Assembly: GCF_000142905.1 (NCBI RefSeq)
Contig: NW_013657669.1
Location: forward strand, 434,001-498,000
DNA length: 64,000 nucleotides
From: Thecamonas trahens ATCC 50062
Taxonomy: Eukaryota > Protista > Apusomonadida
Direction of reading: 5' to 3'
Shown: positions 23,709 through 35,292 of the stretch, piece by piece
Numbering within the stretch: position 1 is the first letter of the stretch
Layout: every line of letters begins with the position of its first letter
Made by a program: the position numbers and the translations under genes
The notes under the pieces: generated by a model
The model's database searches: none
Told to the model about the DNA's origin: nothing
Seen by the model: the letters and a program-made list of their open reading frames with translations, nothing else

Positions 23709-25640
23709 CTAGCAAAAGTCGTCGTCGTCATCCGACGAGAGCACAATCAGATTGGCGTCGTCGTCGGGGAGAATTGGCTTGGCCGAGAGGAGCCGAGCAG
23801 CCTTGGTCGGGCGCTCGCCGGCAGCAGTGCCGGCTGGGCGCTTGTGGGAGGAGGATGGCTGCTGCGCAGCGGGGGCGGGTGGGAGTGGCTGTGAAGTGGC
23901 TGGGTGAAGTGATGCAACTGGTCGAGGCGGGGCAGTGGTGGGAGTCGGCCGGCCGCTCCGCAGAGCCACCAGCGTCGGGTGGTCGTTGATGACAGGGACC
24001 GGCGCAGAGCAGGCGGCGTCAGCAAAGACAATGCCGACGGCGTTGAAGTACACAGTGTCAAGCAGGCCGTCGTCATCGTCATCGTCATCATCATCGTCCG
24101 AGGCCGAGCCCGAGCCCGAGCCCGGGCCGGGGGTGGTCGCACAAGCAGCCGGCAGGTTGAGCGATGGCGCGAGTGCCGGGTCGGCGGTGAGGTCGAGGAG
24201 TAGGCGCATGAGCGGATCGACGGCAAGGTTCTCGACAGGAAGGTCGACCTTGCACACCGCGCACCGCCACTGATTGGCGACGCCGTTCATGGCGAGGTAG
24301 GATTCGAGATCGTAGGCCTGAAAGTGGCGGCAGGCGCGGCCGCGGACCGGTGTGGTCATGCGGGTGAAGGAGAGCGGACAGGTGAGGGCGACCGGAAGCG
24401 AGTCCTGGGTCACGCCCGACGAGGCCGACGAGACAAAGATGTCCATGATGGCGCCAAAAGCGGCATGGAGGTCCATCCAGGGGCGGGCGTGGACGATGTG
24501 AGCGGCGAGCATGCGCTGCGAAATGGTCCGCTTGGCAAGGACTGTGTAGAGGTAGCCGCAGGTGCAGTGCTGGCTCGAGATGGTGATGGTGTTGGAGGCG
24601 CGGAGGTGCGGAAGAAGATCGAGCTCGGCCGCGCCAGCAGCAGCGGTCTCGAGCCAGTGCCCGTTGACGGCGACGGCGATGTCAGCGCCGGGCGGCCAGG
24701 TGTGGATGCGCTTGGCGTCACGCCGATGGTAGGCGCGGAGGACAATGGAGAAGACCGGATCGTCGCCACGGGCGGTGAGCGCGGCGTTGGCCTGGCGCAG
24801 GATGTTGAGCGAAGTCGACGGCGCAATGGTGATGGTGTAAGTTGCCGACGAGCCAGCGCGCGAGTGCCGAAGGTCGATGGGCGCAAGGAGCGGCGGTGCG
24901 ATGCAAGTGGAGAAGACCGAGCCGTTGCAGTACTCGCGGGTCGTGTCGCTGTAGGGCTGGACGACGCGAAGGAGGGCGTCGACGTTGGTCGGCGTCACCC
25001 GCGAGGCAAACGGGATGTCCAGGAACAGGCCCTCGTACAGCGTGCCGGACTCGATGCTGAAAGGCGCCTGGCGGAGCTTGGCCATCGCCGATGGCGGCGT
25101 CTCTGCGCCGACCTCCCAGCCGAGCGGAAGCCGCGGCGAGTGCCTTGCCTCTTCGGCTTGACGCCACCAGGCGGCAGCGGCGGCAGCAGCCGCCTCGCGA
25201 GCAGTGCTGATTGGTGGCGGACGGGGGCGGGCGGAGGCGACGGTTGTTGAGCTTGATGCCTCCGTCGATCCGGCAGGAGCGGCGACCGAGGCAAAGGCGG
25301 CGGCGATGTTGTCGAGTTCCTTGGACTGCTTGGCGCCGAGGAGCGGGCGGAGGCGGGCAGAGGCGAGATCCGAGATGAGCGGAAGCGAGGCGAGGGAGGG
25401 AGACGACGGTGGGAGGAGGACAGCGGCCTTGGCCAGGGCCTGGAGTGCGGCAACGAGTGCCATGTGGATCTTGCGCTTGCGTACGGTGGCCAGGTCGTCG
25501 AGGAGCGGTGAGGCGAGGACGCGGGCCAGGTCGGCAAAGGCCGAGGAGGGGTCACCGCCTCCACCCTCGACAGTCGCAGCCCGCGCCGCCTGCTTGGCTG
25601 CCCTGAGGCGGGCAAAGACCTCGCCGACCGGGTCGCCCAT
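23709..25640 (-). CDS. SP-RING (MIZ) zinc-finger SUMO E3 ligase, ZMIZ/PIAS-like
   Basis: VALTCPLSFTRMTTPVRGRACRHFQAYD..WRCAVC; ZMIZ-like TWP..VNG..NTITI..CTCGYLY; C-terminal SIM-like LIVLSSDDDDD. ATG 25640; the longer ORF start lies in a tandem repeat. Confidence 0.85.
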   Translation of the reverse strand: MGDPVGEVFARLRAAKQAARAATVEGGGGDPSSAFADLARVLASPLLDDLATVRKRKIHMALVAALQALAKAAVLLPPSSPSLASLPLISDLASARLRPLLGAKQSKELDNIAAAFASVAAPAGSTEASSSTTVASARPRPPPISTAREAAAAAAAAWWRQAEEARHSPRLPLGWEVGAETPPSAMAKLRQAPFSIESGTLYEGLFLDIPFASRVTPTNVDALLRVVQPYSDTTREYCNGSVFSTCIAPPLLAPIDLRHSRAGSSATYTITIAPSTSLNILRQANAALTARGDDPVFSIVLRAYHRRDAKRIHTWPPGADIAVAVNGHWLETAAAGAAELDLLPHLRASNTITISSQHCTCGYLYTVLAKRTISQRMLAAHIVHARPWMDLHAAFGAIMDIFVSSASSGVTQDSLPVALTCPLSFTRMTTPVRGRACRHFQAYDLESYLAMNGVANQWRCAVCKVDLPVENLAVDPLMRLLLDLTADPALAPSLNLPAACATTPGPGSGSGSASDDDDDDDDDDGLLDTVYFNAVGIVFADAACSAPVPVINDHPTLVALRSGRPTPTTAPPRPVASLHPATSQPLPPAPAAQQPSSSHKRPAGTAAGERPTKAARLLSAKPILPDDDANLIVLSSDDDDDFC

Positions 25641-25744
25641 AGTGTGGCCTGGGGTGGAGTGGGGTGGAGTGGAAGTGCTGGCTGTCTTGGCGAGGAGGGG
25701 GGGAGAGGGGGGGTACCAGCGAGCACAAGCAAGGAGGGCCGCCA

Positions 25745-25968
25745 CCACCGACTGCCACCATCGACTGCCACCATCGACTGCCACCATCGACTGCCACCAT
25801 CGACTGCCACCATCGACTGCCACCATCGACTGCCACCATCGACTGCCACCATCGACTGCCACCATCGACTGCCACCATCGACTGCCGCCACCAACCACCA
25901 TCAACCACCACCAACCACCACCAACCACCACCAACCACCATCAACCACCATCAACCACCATCAACCAC
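25745..25968. repeat. Compound minisatellite: ~10 x 13-bp CGACTGCCACCAT followed by ~8 x 10-bp CACCA(A/T)CAAC-type units
   Basis: Direct inspection of the tandem units. Confidence 0.95.
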
Positions 25969-26118
25969 TGGCATGTTGGCATAATGCTATGTCGTCGACT
26001 GGCATTCGGACGAAGATGGGTACGGAATGACCGGCGACAGACACCACCAACTGGTGACTGCCACAGAGGACGACAGCCGCAGAGGTCGACACCCGACTCT
26101 CCACACCAGAACAACCAA

Positions 26119-26262
26119 ATGCTGTACCTCGTGACGTCGACTCTGTACAACACGTTCCTCCGCCAGACAGGCGTGCGCAAGCAGAACGCTGCTGCTTACG
26201 GCCCCTCCAAGACCCGGATGAAGTTCGACTCTGGGGCGTGCGACTTTGAGACCGATGGTTAA
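26119..26262 (+). CDS. Possible microprotein or terminal exon (47 aa)
   Basis: MLYLVTSTLYNTFLRQTGVRKQ..ETDG* with strong GC3 codon bias; upstream GTACGG donor and CAG acceptor. Confidence 0.3.
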   Translation: MLYLVTSTLYNTFLRQTGVRKQNAAAYGPSKTRMKFDSGACDFETDG

Positions 26263-27033
26263 GCCCGAGAGAGCCGAGGGAGCCGAGGGAGCCGAGGGAG
26301 CCGACGACGGGCTGGGCTTCCCTCCCCCCCCCACCCCCACCCCCACCTACCCCCTGGTTGGTGGTAGAGGGGGGGGGGAGGGGGGGAAAGAGGTTCCGGT
26401 GGCACTGTTCGCCATGGCTGCCTTCTGCTGTTACCTCTGCTCTGTCCTCTTGCTCTCGCCGCTTGCCATGGCCGTCCCTGGTGGTGCGGTAAACTCGGGA
26501 TGAACACTCTGTCGAACACACTTGTTGGAGAGGGGAAGGTGAAGGGGGGATGGGGTGCGCATAGCGTATAGAGCGTGTGTACACAGGGGATACAGATGGG
26601 GATGGGGGGAGGAAGGGGAGGAGAGGACAGATCGGGATATGGTCAGTGGATGTAGACGTGGGATGTAGGTTGTGGGCGATGAGCATGGAGGGGGGGGGGG
26701 GGGGGGGGGAGGGGGGTTGCGCCCAGAGAGACAGGCAAGGCGTGGCTGGGACCTGATGATGTAGAGGCCACCGCTGGTGGTGCTGTAGCTAGCTATGGAC
26801 ATGGTAGTTATGGTAGTTCGAGTGATCAGCACCCCTCCGCACCAGTGTTGATGGATGTGATGGCTGCGATCTCGGCCATCGTCACGATCATGGCTACCTA
26901 CCATCTCCATACAATAGCCATCGCCATGACCATCACCCATCCCCACCACCATCGCCATCCCCACCCACACCACCCACACCCATCCCCACACCCACACACC
27001 CACACACACACCCCTCTCTCCCACACAACCACC

Positions 27034-28365
27034 ATGTCATCGACAAGAGGCAGGGAGAGGACGATCCGCCATGCGGCCGTGGTGGTCATGGGCGATGTGG
27101 GCCACTCGCCACGGATGCAGTATCACGCGTGCTCGCTAGCGCAGCTGCCGTCGTCGCCGAGAGTCTCGCTGGTCGGCTACGCCGAGAGCCCGCTGCCTGC
27201 CGCTGTAGCGGCGGTGACCGACACGGTGGCGCTGGGCGTCTTCCCGCGACTCCCACGGTGGCTCTTCCCGCTCTACGCCCCGTTCAAGGTGGTATACATG
27301 GCGTGGGTCCTCTTCTACGCCCTTGCCTTCCGCCTCGCCTCGCCCCCGGACATCCTCCTTGTCCAGAACCCGCCCTCGGTTCCTGTTCTCGCCGTCTGCT
27401 GGCTCTACACTGCCCTCATCGCCCGCTCCTGCCGCCTCGTCGTCGACTGGCACAACTTTGGCTACACTATCCTCGCCTACTCGCTGCCGCGCCCGCTGCG
27501 ATGGGTCGCCTCGCTCGCTGCGGCCTACGAGCGCTTCTTTGGCTCGCGCGCCTCGGCGCATCTCGCCGTCACCCGCGCCATGGCCGCATGGCTCGAGGCA
27601 AACTGGGGCATCGCGCCTGTTGTCCTGTACGACCGCCCGCCTAACCAGTTTGTCCGCCTCTCTCCTGACGAGCGCCTCGCCTTTATCGCCCGCCTCCCAG
27701 AGCTCATCGATGGCTTTGACCCGGCCGCCGCCGCCCTCCTCGCTCCCAACCGCCCGGCCTTTCTCGTCTCGTCCACCTCGTGGACACCCGACGAGGACTT
27801 TTCCATCCTCCTCGAGGCCATGGTCGCCTACAATGCGCTGGTGGAGGCCCAGAACCCAGACTCGGCCCGTGCTCTCCCGGATGTTGTCCTGGTCATCACC
27901 GGCCGTGGCCCGCTCAAGGCCCACTACGAAGCCGCCATCGCCGACCTCGGCCTCGCCCACGTCTCCATCTTCACCGCATTTCTCCCCATCGCCGACTACC
28001 CGCGCATCCTCGGCGCCGCAGATCTCGGCATATCTCTCCACACCAGCTCGTCCGGCCTCGACCTGCCCATCAAGATCATCGACGCCTTTGGCGCCGGCCT
28101 CCCCGTCGCCGCCGTCAACTTTCCCTGCCTCCACGAGCTCGTCGTCGACGGCTACAACGGCGTCGTCTTTGACTCGGCACCGGACCTCGCTGCCGCGCTC
28201 TCGGGCCTCTTTGCCGGCTTCCCGCGCTCGACCAAGGCGCTGGAGAACCTCGCCGACGGCGCCGCTGCCTTTCAGTCGCTGCGGTGGGACGAGAACTGGA
28301 ACACGGTTGCCCGCCCGCTGATGGTCGGCAACGACGCCCCGGTCGTGTATCGCAAGCGCGAGTAG
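27034..28365 (+). CDS. ALG1: Chitobiosyldiphosphodolichol beta-1,4-mannosyltransferase
   Basis: VMGDVGHSPRMQYHA, LVQNPPSVP, DWHNFGY, SSTSWTPDEDF, ADLGISLHTSSSGLDLP. Confidence 0.96.
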   Translation: MSSTRGRERTIRHAAVVVMGDVGHSPRMQYHACSLAQLPSSPRVSLVGYAESPLPAAVAAVTDTVALGVFPRLPRWLFPLYAPFKVVYMAWVLFYALAFRLASPPDILLVQNPPSVPVLAVCWLYTALIARSCRLVVDWHNFGYTILAYSLPRPLRWVASLAAAYERFFGSRASAHLAVTRAMAAWLEANWGIAPVVLYDRPPNQFVRLSPDERLAFIARLPELIDGFDPAAAALLAPNRPAFLVSSTSWTPDEDFSILLEAMVAYNALVEAQNPDSARALPDVVLVITGRGPLKAHYEAAIADLGLAHVSIFTAFLPIADYPRILGAADLGISLHTSSSGLDLPIKIIDAFGAGLPVAAVNFPCLHELVVDGYNGVVFDSAPDLAAALSGLFAGFPRSTKALENLADGAAAFQSLRWDENWNTVARPLMVGNDAPVVYRKRE

Positions 28366-28398
28366 TAGCTGCGCTCCCGCTGTGTTTAGGTTGTTGCT

Positions 28399-30485
28399 TT
28401 ACCGCTTGCGCGAGGCGTTGAGGGCGAGGTAGGAAAGGATGAGGAAGAGAGCCATGAAGACGCCGAGGATGCCCGAGTTGAAACCGATGTTTCCGTCCTC
28501 CTCGGCCTCGAACAGGTCAAGGACGGCCTGCCCGTTGGGAACAGGGCAGGTACCGTTGATGGCCTCGGAGGCGTCGCAGGTAAAGGTGAGGCCCTTGAGC
28601 TCGTTGATGAGCACGCCGTTAAAGGCGTACTTCATGAACGAAAAGTAGCGCAGCCAGCGGATGCCGACCCAGATCGACTCGGGCTTGACGAGGAACGAGG
28701 CAAAGAGGGTCGACGGGAGGACAATGCCCGGAGCAAGCGCGTTGGCGGCATCCGAATCGCCGGTCGCCGCAGAGAGGAGGAGACCGAGCCAAGTGCCAAA
28801 GAGCGAGAGCTGGTATGCAAAGCCGGTAAAGATAAGGAACTTGTCGAGCTCGGCCTGCAAGCCGACCATAAAGTAGACCTGGAAGACGTACAGGGCGATG
28901 TAGGCGGCCTGGAACGGCAGATCGGCGATGACCTTGGCGGCGAGGTACGTGACGGTGCTGTAGAGGCCGTCCTGTGACTCGCGCATGAACACCGCCCGCT
29001 CTGGGATGAACAGCGTCACTGCCGCATGCATACCAGAGAAGACAAGCATGATGGTGACGAGGAAGATGAGGCCGGCGCGGTCGAGACCACCAGTCTGTCC
29101 GCGGTCGATCTGGTACCAGATGGCAGCAATGAGGAAGCCGAGAATGATCATCTGTCCGGCGCGGGCCCAAGAGGCCTGCTTGTTGCGGACCTGGAGCATG
29201 ATGTTGCGCTTGACGAGCTGCGCGAGCTTGACGATCGGCGACGGGCGGTGGCCCTTAAACTCGTCGAGTTGGAGCGATCCAGCCTGCGAGAGCGAGGCCG
29301 ACGACGAGTCCGGGAGGCCCATGCCGGCTGCGCGCGCCGCGGCAGTGATGGCCTGGATGCGCGCGAGCGACGAGGAGGCCGAGGTAGACGCCGACGACGA
29401 GCCGCTGTGAGCCGTCTCGTCGTCGCCCGGCACCAGCGCCGTGCGTGAGAGGAGCTCGATGATAAAGTCAGCCGGGTTGAGTCCGCGCGGGCATTCGTAG
29501 CCGACGTCCCCAGGAAGGGGAGGAGGCCGGTGACCTTGCCCGAGTACGCGACCTGGCCGCCGGCAAGTGCCATGACGTTGTCGAAGATGTGCAGCATCTC
29601 GTTGGAGGCCTGCGAAATCGAGGCCAGGATGGTCATGTTGTTCTTCTTGGCGAGCTTGCGGAGGTTGACGATGACGGTCTCGGCAGTGGCGGCGTCGAGG
29701 CCTGCGGTGGGATCGTCGACGTACAGGATCTGCGGAGCGGTGATGAGCGACTGGGCAATGTTGGCCCGCTTCCGCTCGCCACCGGAGAGGCCGCGCTTGA
29801 GGCCCGGGACGCCGACGAGGGTGTCGCCGACCTTGGCGATGCCAAGGGAGTTGAGAACTGACTCGACGCGTGCGCCCCGATCCTCGGCCGACATGGTCGA
29901 CGGGAGCGAGAGACGGGCGAGGAAGTGCAGGTTCTCGCGTGGCGTCGAGTCGGAGAGCATGATGTCTTCCTGCTGGACATAGCCCGAGATGGCCATGACG
30001 TCCGACGGATCAAGCTCCATGCCGTTGTACAGCACCGAGCCGGACGACTCGAGCGCCGACGGAAGACGACCGGCGAGGACGTCGAGGAGGAGCGACTTGC
30101 CCGACGACGACGGGCCGAGGAGCATGGTGAGCTCGCCCGGAACAAGCTTCAGCGAGACATTGTCGAGGAGGACGATCTCATCCGTGCCAGGCCGGCCGCG
30201 GCACTTGTCAAGCAGCGACTTTTTGGCCGGGACCTTGACGGTGATGTTGGAGGCCTCGATGATGACACCGGCGGCACCGCCCGACTCGGCGTCGTAGCCG
30301 TAGCCGGCGGAGTCGGTCGATGAGGGTGAGCTTGATGACGACGACGAGGCCGATGAATCTGTTGACGAGACAGAGGTTGCGGTGTCGAGCGCAATGGCTC
30401 TGCTGGTGTAGCTTGACGACGACGTCGACGACTCTTGCTGCTCCATGACTACGCCGGCAGCGGACGGGGTGATACGAATGGGCAT
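28399..30485 (-). CDS. ABCG half-transporter A (NBD-TMD) with degenerate Walker B/H-loop; frameshift at 29508-29511
   Basis: Walker A GPSSSGKS, Q-loop YVQQED, signature LSGGERKR, YVDDPTAGLD, SISQ. Adding one G restores GYECPRGLNPADFII and joins the 6-TM ABC2 domain (ERAVFMRES..GLYS). Confidence 0.9.
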
Positions 30486-30965
30486 AGATTTGCCTGTCTA
30501 CAGCGCGATCGCACGAGAGAGGATGTTGCAACTACGTACAAGGCAAGCACGAGCGAGTGCGCTGTGTTTTATCGCGCGCGGCGTACGCGTCGTGGCAATC
30601 TGGCCGAAAATCGCCGGTGCGGCGGTCCGCTATTCGCCGACTTGGCCGCTCCTCACTCTTAGCCGTCTCTCTCACCATAGACTCTCTGCAAGACCGCATA
30701 CGCTGGTAAGTACGTACAAAGCAGTATGTGCTATCTAGGCGGGAGAAGATAATGCATGTAGGGTCATGCGTAGCACCTGTGGGGGCCGCCGACATATTTC
30801 GCCGAGTAGTGCCGCAAGCTCACTCCAATCAACTCAATGTGCACAACTTGAAACCGTCAAAACCTCAACTATGTGGAGCTGCAAGTCCCGCGCCGTGCGG
30901 GGCATACCGCAATCGCTTGTGTGTGACCGAGTACCCACAAGCCAAGACTCTTCTTTTTATACATC

Positions 30966-32909
30966 ATGTCCAACTCGGTACCGGAATCGTCATCGATGCC
31001 GACATCTTCGTCGGCATCCAACTTGACACCTTCCGACTCGTACACGTTTGTGACAGCTGGGCCGAGCGATGAGAGCGACGAGGAGATCGTGCTCGAGTTT
31101 AACAACATCAAGGTGTGGGTGGAGAACTTCAAGGCGACCAAGGCCGATGGCTCGACCGAGGTCATCAAGCGGCGCGACATTCTCCGCGGCGTGTCAGGCA
31201 AGGTCGAGTCGGGCCAGATGACGATGCTGATGGGGGCGAGTGGGGCGGGCAAGACCACGCTGTTCAACGTCCTTGCCGGGCGGGCGCACACGGTCGAGTC
31301 CTCGGGCTCGATCTTGGTCAATGGAAAGCACTTTGGCCTCGCCGAGTTCCAGGAGATCTCGGCGTACGTGACGCAGGACGCGACGTTCCTCAACTCGATG
31401 ACACCGGACGACATTCTGGGCTTCCGCGCCAACATGCTCCTTCCGTACTCGATGTCTGCCGAGGAAAAGCAGGCACGGGTTGACGACGTCATCGAGCTGC
31501 TCGGCCTGGAGGAGGTGCGCAACGTGCGGCTCGGCGAGCCGGGCGTCTCAGCGCGTGGCCTCAACTTTGTCCAGCGCAAGAAGCTCAACATCGCGGCAGC
31601 GCTGCTGGTCAAGCCGCGGATCCTGTTTGTGGACGAGCCGACGACCGGCCTGGACGCCGCGATGGCCAAGTCGGTCATGCTCTCGCTGCAGCGGGTGGCC
31701 AACTCGCGGAAGCTCGTCGTCTTCTGCACCATTCATCAGCCGTCGGTCTTTGTGTACAACCTCTTTGACCAGGCGCTCATCATGGCGCTGGGACAGATTG
31801 CGTACTCGGGCTCGGTCGACAACATTGTGCCCCACCTCGACAAGCTCGGCTACGAGTGCGACGAGTTCAAGAACCCAGCGGACCACGTGATCCAGGTGCT
31901 CGACTCGCGTGACGGCGACGAGAAGCGGGTTCAGAAGCTTATCGATGCATACCACGCCGACGCCTCGTCGTCGTCGTCGTATGCCGGGCCCAGCGAAGTT
32001 GTTGCCGAGATCAACGACGACGGTGCGCCGATGACGCTTCCGTGGTACGGGCGGATGTATCAGCTGACGAAGCGTGCGCTCAAGGTGACGCTGTACAACG
32101 ACAAGGCGCTCAAGGCGTCTGTGGGCCAGGCCATTGTCTTTGGCATCCTCATCGGCATCATCTACTCGCTCGACAACTCACAGGCCGGCGCGACTGATCG
32201 CGTCGGGCTGCTCTTCCTCACCACGACCAACGCAATCTTCCTCTCGCTGCAGGGCTCGGTCTTTGTGCTCATCGCCGAGCGTGCGGTCTTCCTCCGCGAG
32301 GTGGCTGACGGCATCTACTCGATGCCTGCCTACCTGGTGAGCAAGGTGGCGTCGGATCTTCCGTTCCAGGTCCTGTACCAGTTCCTCTTCTCGGTCATCG
32401 TCTACTTTACCACCGGCCTGCAGCAGTCGCTCGGTCGGTTCCTCATCTTTGTTCTTGTCCAGTCGCTCGTGGCACTCGTCGGCTCGAACCTCGGCCTCGT
32501 CCTTTCGGCCTTTACCGGCGACGCGGCGACGTCGACCGCGCTCGCGCCGGTCATCATCGTTCCGTCGATGATGACGGCCGGTGTGCTCATCTCGACTGAG
32601 GCCATCCCGGTCTTCCTCCGCTGGCTCAAGCACGTCTCGATCCTCCGCTACGCCTTTACCGCCCTCCTCCTCAACGAGGCCGAGGACGCGCTCGTCTTCC
32701 ATTGCACGCCCGAGCTGCAGCTGCCCAACGGCCTCTGCCCCATCAACACTGGCAACGAGCTCATCGCCCAGCGCAATGCCAACCAGGAGCCGACCGGCAT
32801 CTGGTCGCGGGTCTTTATCCTCGTCGGCTATTACGTCTTTACCGTCGTTGTTGCCTACCTCGGCCTCCTCTTCTCTGTCCGCAACCAGCGGAAGACCAAG
32901 CGGTCCTGA
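30966..32909 (+). CDS. ABCG half-transporter B (NBD-TMD) with degenerate signature motif
   Basis: GASGAGKTT, YVTQD, signature LNFVQRKK, FVDEPTTGLD, TIHQPS, NPADH, ERAVFLRE, 6 TM. Confidence 0.93.
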   Translation: MSNSVPESSSMPTSSSASNLTPSDSYTFVTAGPSDESDEEIVLEFNNIKVWVENFKATKADGSTEVIKRRDILRGVSGKVESGQMTMLMGASGAGKTTLFNVLAGRAHTVESSGSILVNGKHFGLAEFQEISAYVTQDATFLNSMTPDDILGFRANMLLPYSMSAEEKQARVDDVIELLGLEEVRNVRLGEPGVSARGLNFVQRKKLNIAAALLVKPRILFVDEPTTGLDAAMAKSVMLSLQRVANSRKLVVFCTIHQPSVFVYNLFDQALIMALGQIAYSGSVDNIVPHLDKLGYECDEFKNPADHVIQVLDSRDGDEKRVQKLIDAYHADASSSSSYAGPSEVVAEINDDGAPMTLPWYGRMYQLTKRALKVTLYNDKALKASVGQAIVFGILIGIIYSLDNSQAGATDRVGLLFLTTTNAIFLSLQGSVFVLIAERAVFLREVADGIYSMPAYLVSKVASDLPFQVLYQFLFSVIVYFTTGLQQSLGRFLIFVLVQSLVALVGSNLGLVLSAFTGDAATSTALAPVIIVPSMMTAGVLISTEAIPVFLRWLKHVSILRYAFTALLLNEAEDALVFHCTPELQLPNGLCPINTGNELIAQRNANQEPTGIWSRVFILVGYYVFTVVVAYLGLLFSVRNQRKTKRS

Positions 32910-33182
32910 GCGCTGCCCATCGGTACGGTTGTTGGGGCGCGTTGTTGCGCGCCGGAGTGCACTTCAAAAATGAATCACATCGCAGCACGGGCGGGAGGCT
33001 GTACACGAGCGCCACGCTCGCTAGGGTGGGAGAGCTCAGTTGCGGCGACATATGACTGCAGTGGGGCCTGGTGGTTGCTGCAGTGGGGCTTCACTGCTGG
33101 TCTTTGGTTTGACGACAACCAGAACTGCCGAGCCGCCGCACGAGTAATGTGATCTTCGGTTTTTCATTTTCGATCTAAAGGG

Positions 33183-34225
33183 TCAGCTCCGGTAAGACGC
33201 AGAGGAGAGGTAAGTGTAGGACGACGATGACGGTGACGAGAGCGAGGAAAGCGTACACCCGTTCAGGACCGCATGAGCGCGGTCAAGCTGGGCGTGATAG
33301 CCACCGGTCCGACGGCGGTAGTGCGAGTGAGCGAGAGCGACGCGGCCGATCTCCATGAGCTCGTAGACCTGGTGCGGCGCGAGCTGGGGCTCAACGTGGC
33401 GGTGGATTGCTAGAGCGACGTCGGCGAGGCGGTCAACCATGTCAGGCGCATTAGTGGCGGCGTATGCCCACTCGCTGGTTGAGATGTTGTCGCCAAATGA
33501 GGCGCGAAAGGTAGCAATGGCAGTGAGGAGGACGGCGAGGAGGACGCTGATGACGGCCAGCCACGCGAGCTGCAGCCACGGCAGGCTCTGGCGGCAAGTG
33601 TAGCAGCAGCTTCCGAGACATACAGGTGGCGAGACGCTGCACGTGCTGGCCGAGGCGCAGCTGATGATGCCGTGGCAATGAGGGCCCATCCGGCCAGCAG
33701 TCCGAGCGCAGCGGCGGCACGGATTGTGTGCTGCAGCCACTGGGTCTTGCCGCGGGCGGCAAAGACTCGGCAGCAGGCGCAAGATGCCTCGGGCAGATCG
33801 CCGACAGCCTGCAGCTCGAGCGCAAACCGGTACCAGACGTGGCTGGTTACGGCGCGCGGCGCGTCTGCAAAGCGCAGGATGAGGGTGGCGGCACGGCGGG
33901 TATTGGCCACGGCAGCACGGTGGAGGGCGGCGGCGCGAGAAACTAGCAGCTGCGCAAGAAGCGCCGCGAACGAGAGGAGAGCAATGAGGACGATGCGCGG
34001 TAGGAAGAGCCAATCGTCGGCGCGCGCAGCCCAGTATGCGGGCGAGACCAGAACCCGGGTGTCCGCGCAAGCGGCGGCGTCAACAGGGGCACACAGCCGC
34101 TCAAACGCGTTGTCGTCGGCAAACGAGGAGAGAATAGCCAACGCGAGCTGGAGGCCGAGCACACCGAGCGCCAATCTCAGAACAAAGACCAGGCCTGCGG
34201 CGGATGGCACCGATGCGGCGTCCAT
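33183..34225 (-). CDS. Uncharacterised multi-pass membrane protein, apparent frameshift at ~33590
   Basis: Three hydrophobic segments in ORF 33410-34306 continue into LPWLQLAWLAVISVLLAVLL of ORF 33183-34070. Confidence 0.5.
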
Positions 34226-34363
34226 GGCGCGAGTGGAGAGTGAGAGCGAGAGCCGAGTGACCGGCACAGACCGCAACTCACCCGCCCTTCCCTGCTCACC
34301 AGCCAAGAGTCAGGTGGTCCCACACCCACTCGAGACCAAGCCTAAAGCCCGGCTACTGCTGCC

Positions 34364-34364
34364 G

Positions 34365-34410
<46 letters not shown>
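34364..34410. repeat. (GCTGTC)n microsatellite
   Basis: About 7 direct copies. Confidence 0.9.
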
Positions 34411-34654
34411 CGGCCGAGCCGAGTTGAGCCGAGTCGAGTCACGTCGGCCACATCCGCTGTCGTCACTCGAGTGGCGATGAGACATTCGCCGAGTCGCCTT
34501 CCCTCCCTCTCCCTCCGTCTCCTCCCCCCTTTCCGACTCGAGACGAGTCGAGGGATGAGCGGACGGACGGACGGACGGACGGGCACTCCACTGGCAGCGG
34601 TCACTGGCTGGCGAGGGAAGGAGAGGGAAGGAGGGCGTCGAGCAAGGTGGTCGC

Positions 34655-35292
34655 ATGGCTGCCAGTGGGGAGAAGAAGGATGTGAAGGTGGTGGGGGTGT
34701 GCTGGCGGTGGAGACGGTTGAGCTGCTGGACGAGGTGAGCGAGCACCTGGCGGTCATCGAGGCCGCGGGCAGCACTGCGAGGCTGATCGGTCAGTGGCTG
34801 GTTGGCGACGATGCTGCGGTCTTTGACGAGGTCTTACCCGAGGCTAGCGGCCGGCATGCGGTGCGGCGGGCGCTGGCGTCGGCGGTGGCGGATGCCATGT
34901 CGACGCGCGAGCGGGTCGCCAACTTCGGAACCGCACTCGAGGCTGCCGGCATCGGCCCTGTAGCGCGCCGCGGCGCAGAGGCAGCGCTTCGCGCGCTCTA
35001 CGCACTTCCGCCCGACTACGCGTGGCCGATGGGAAGCGAGCTGAGCCACCAAAGGTGGCGGCTCGATGTGGCTGAGATCGGCGGGCACAGCCTCCGCGCG
35101 CGTCCCCGGCGACACGCCTCGACGCGGTGCCGCCATTGTGGGAGGCCGCGACCATGCCGAATCCACGAGGGCGAGGATGATGCCACAGGGAAGGGGGCGA
35201 GAGCCCGCGGCGTGCGCAAGACGACGTCCAAGACTGCGGACAAGACCTCGTCGGCCGGGGTCCGGAAGGCGCTACGCTCCGGCCGACCATGA
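34655..35292 (+). CDS. Hypothetical protein, possibly COMM-domain-like; apparent frameshift at G run 34693-34697
   Basis: MAASGEKKDVKVVG joins the helical VETVELLDEVSEHL.. region if one G is added; contains WRLDV, like the COMM signature; 3' end uncertain. Confidence 0.35.

Noticed and set aside
25745-25968. ORF extensions (MVAVDGGSRWWQS repeats) and CRISPR-like look
   Set aside because: These are translations of a 13-bp minisatellite; the ZMIZ-like ATG is at 25640.
26263-27033. Possible spliced minus-strand gene upstream of ALG1
   Set aside because: No frame gives a recognisable or clearly coding product.
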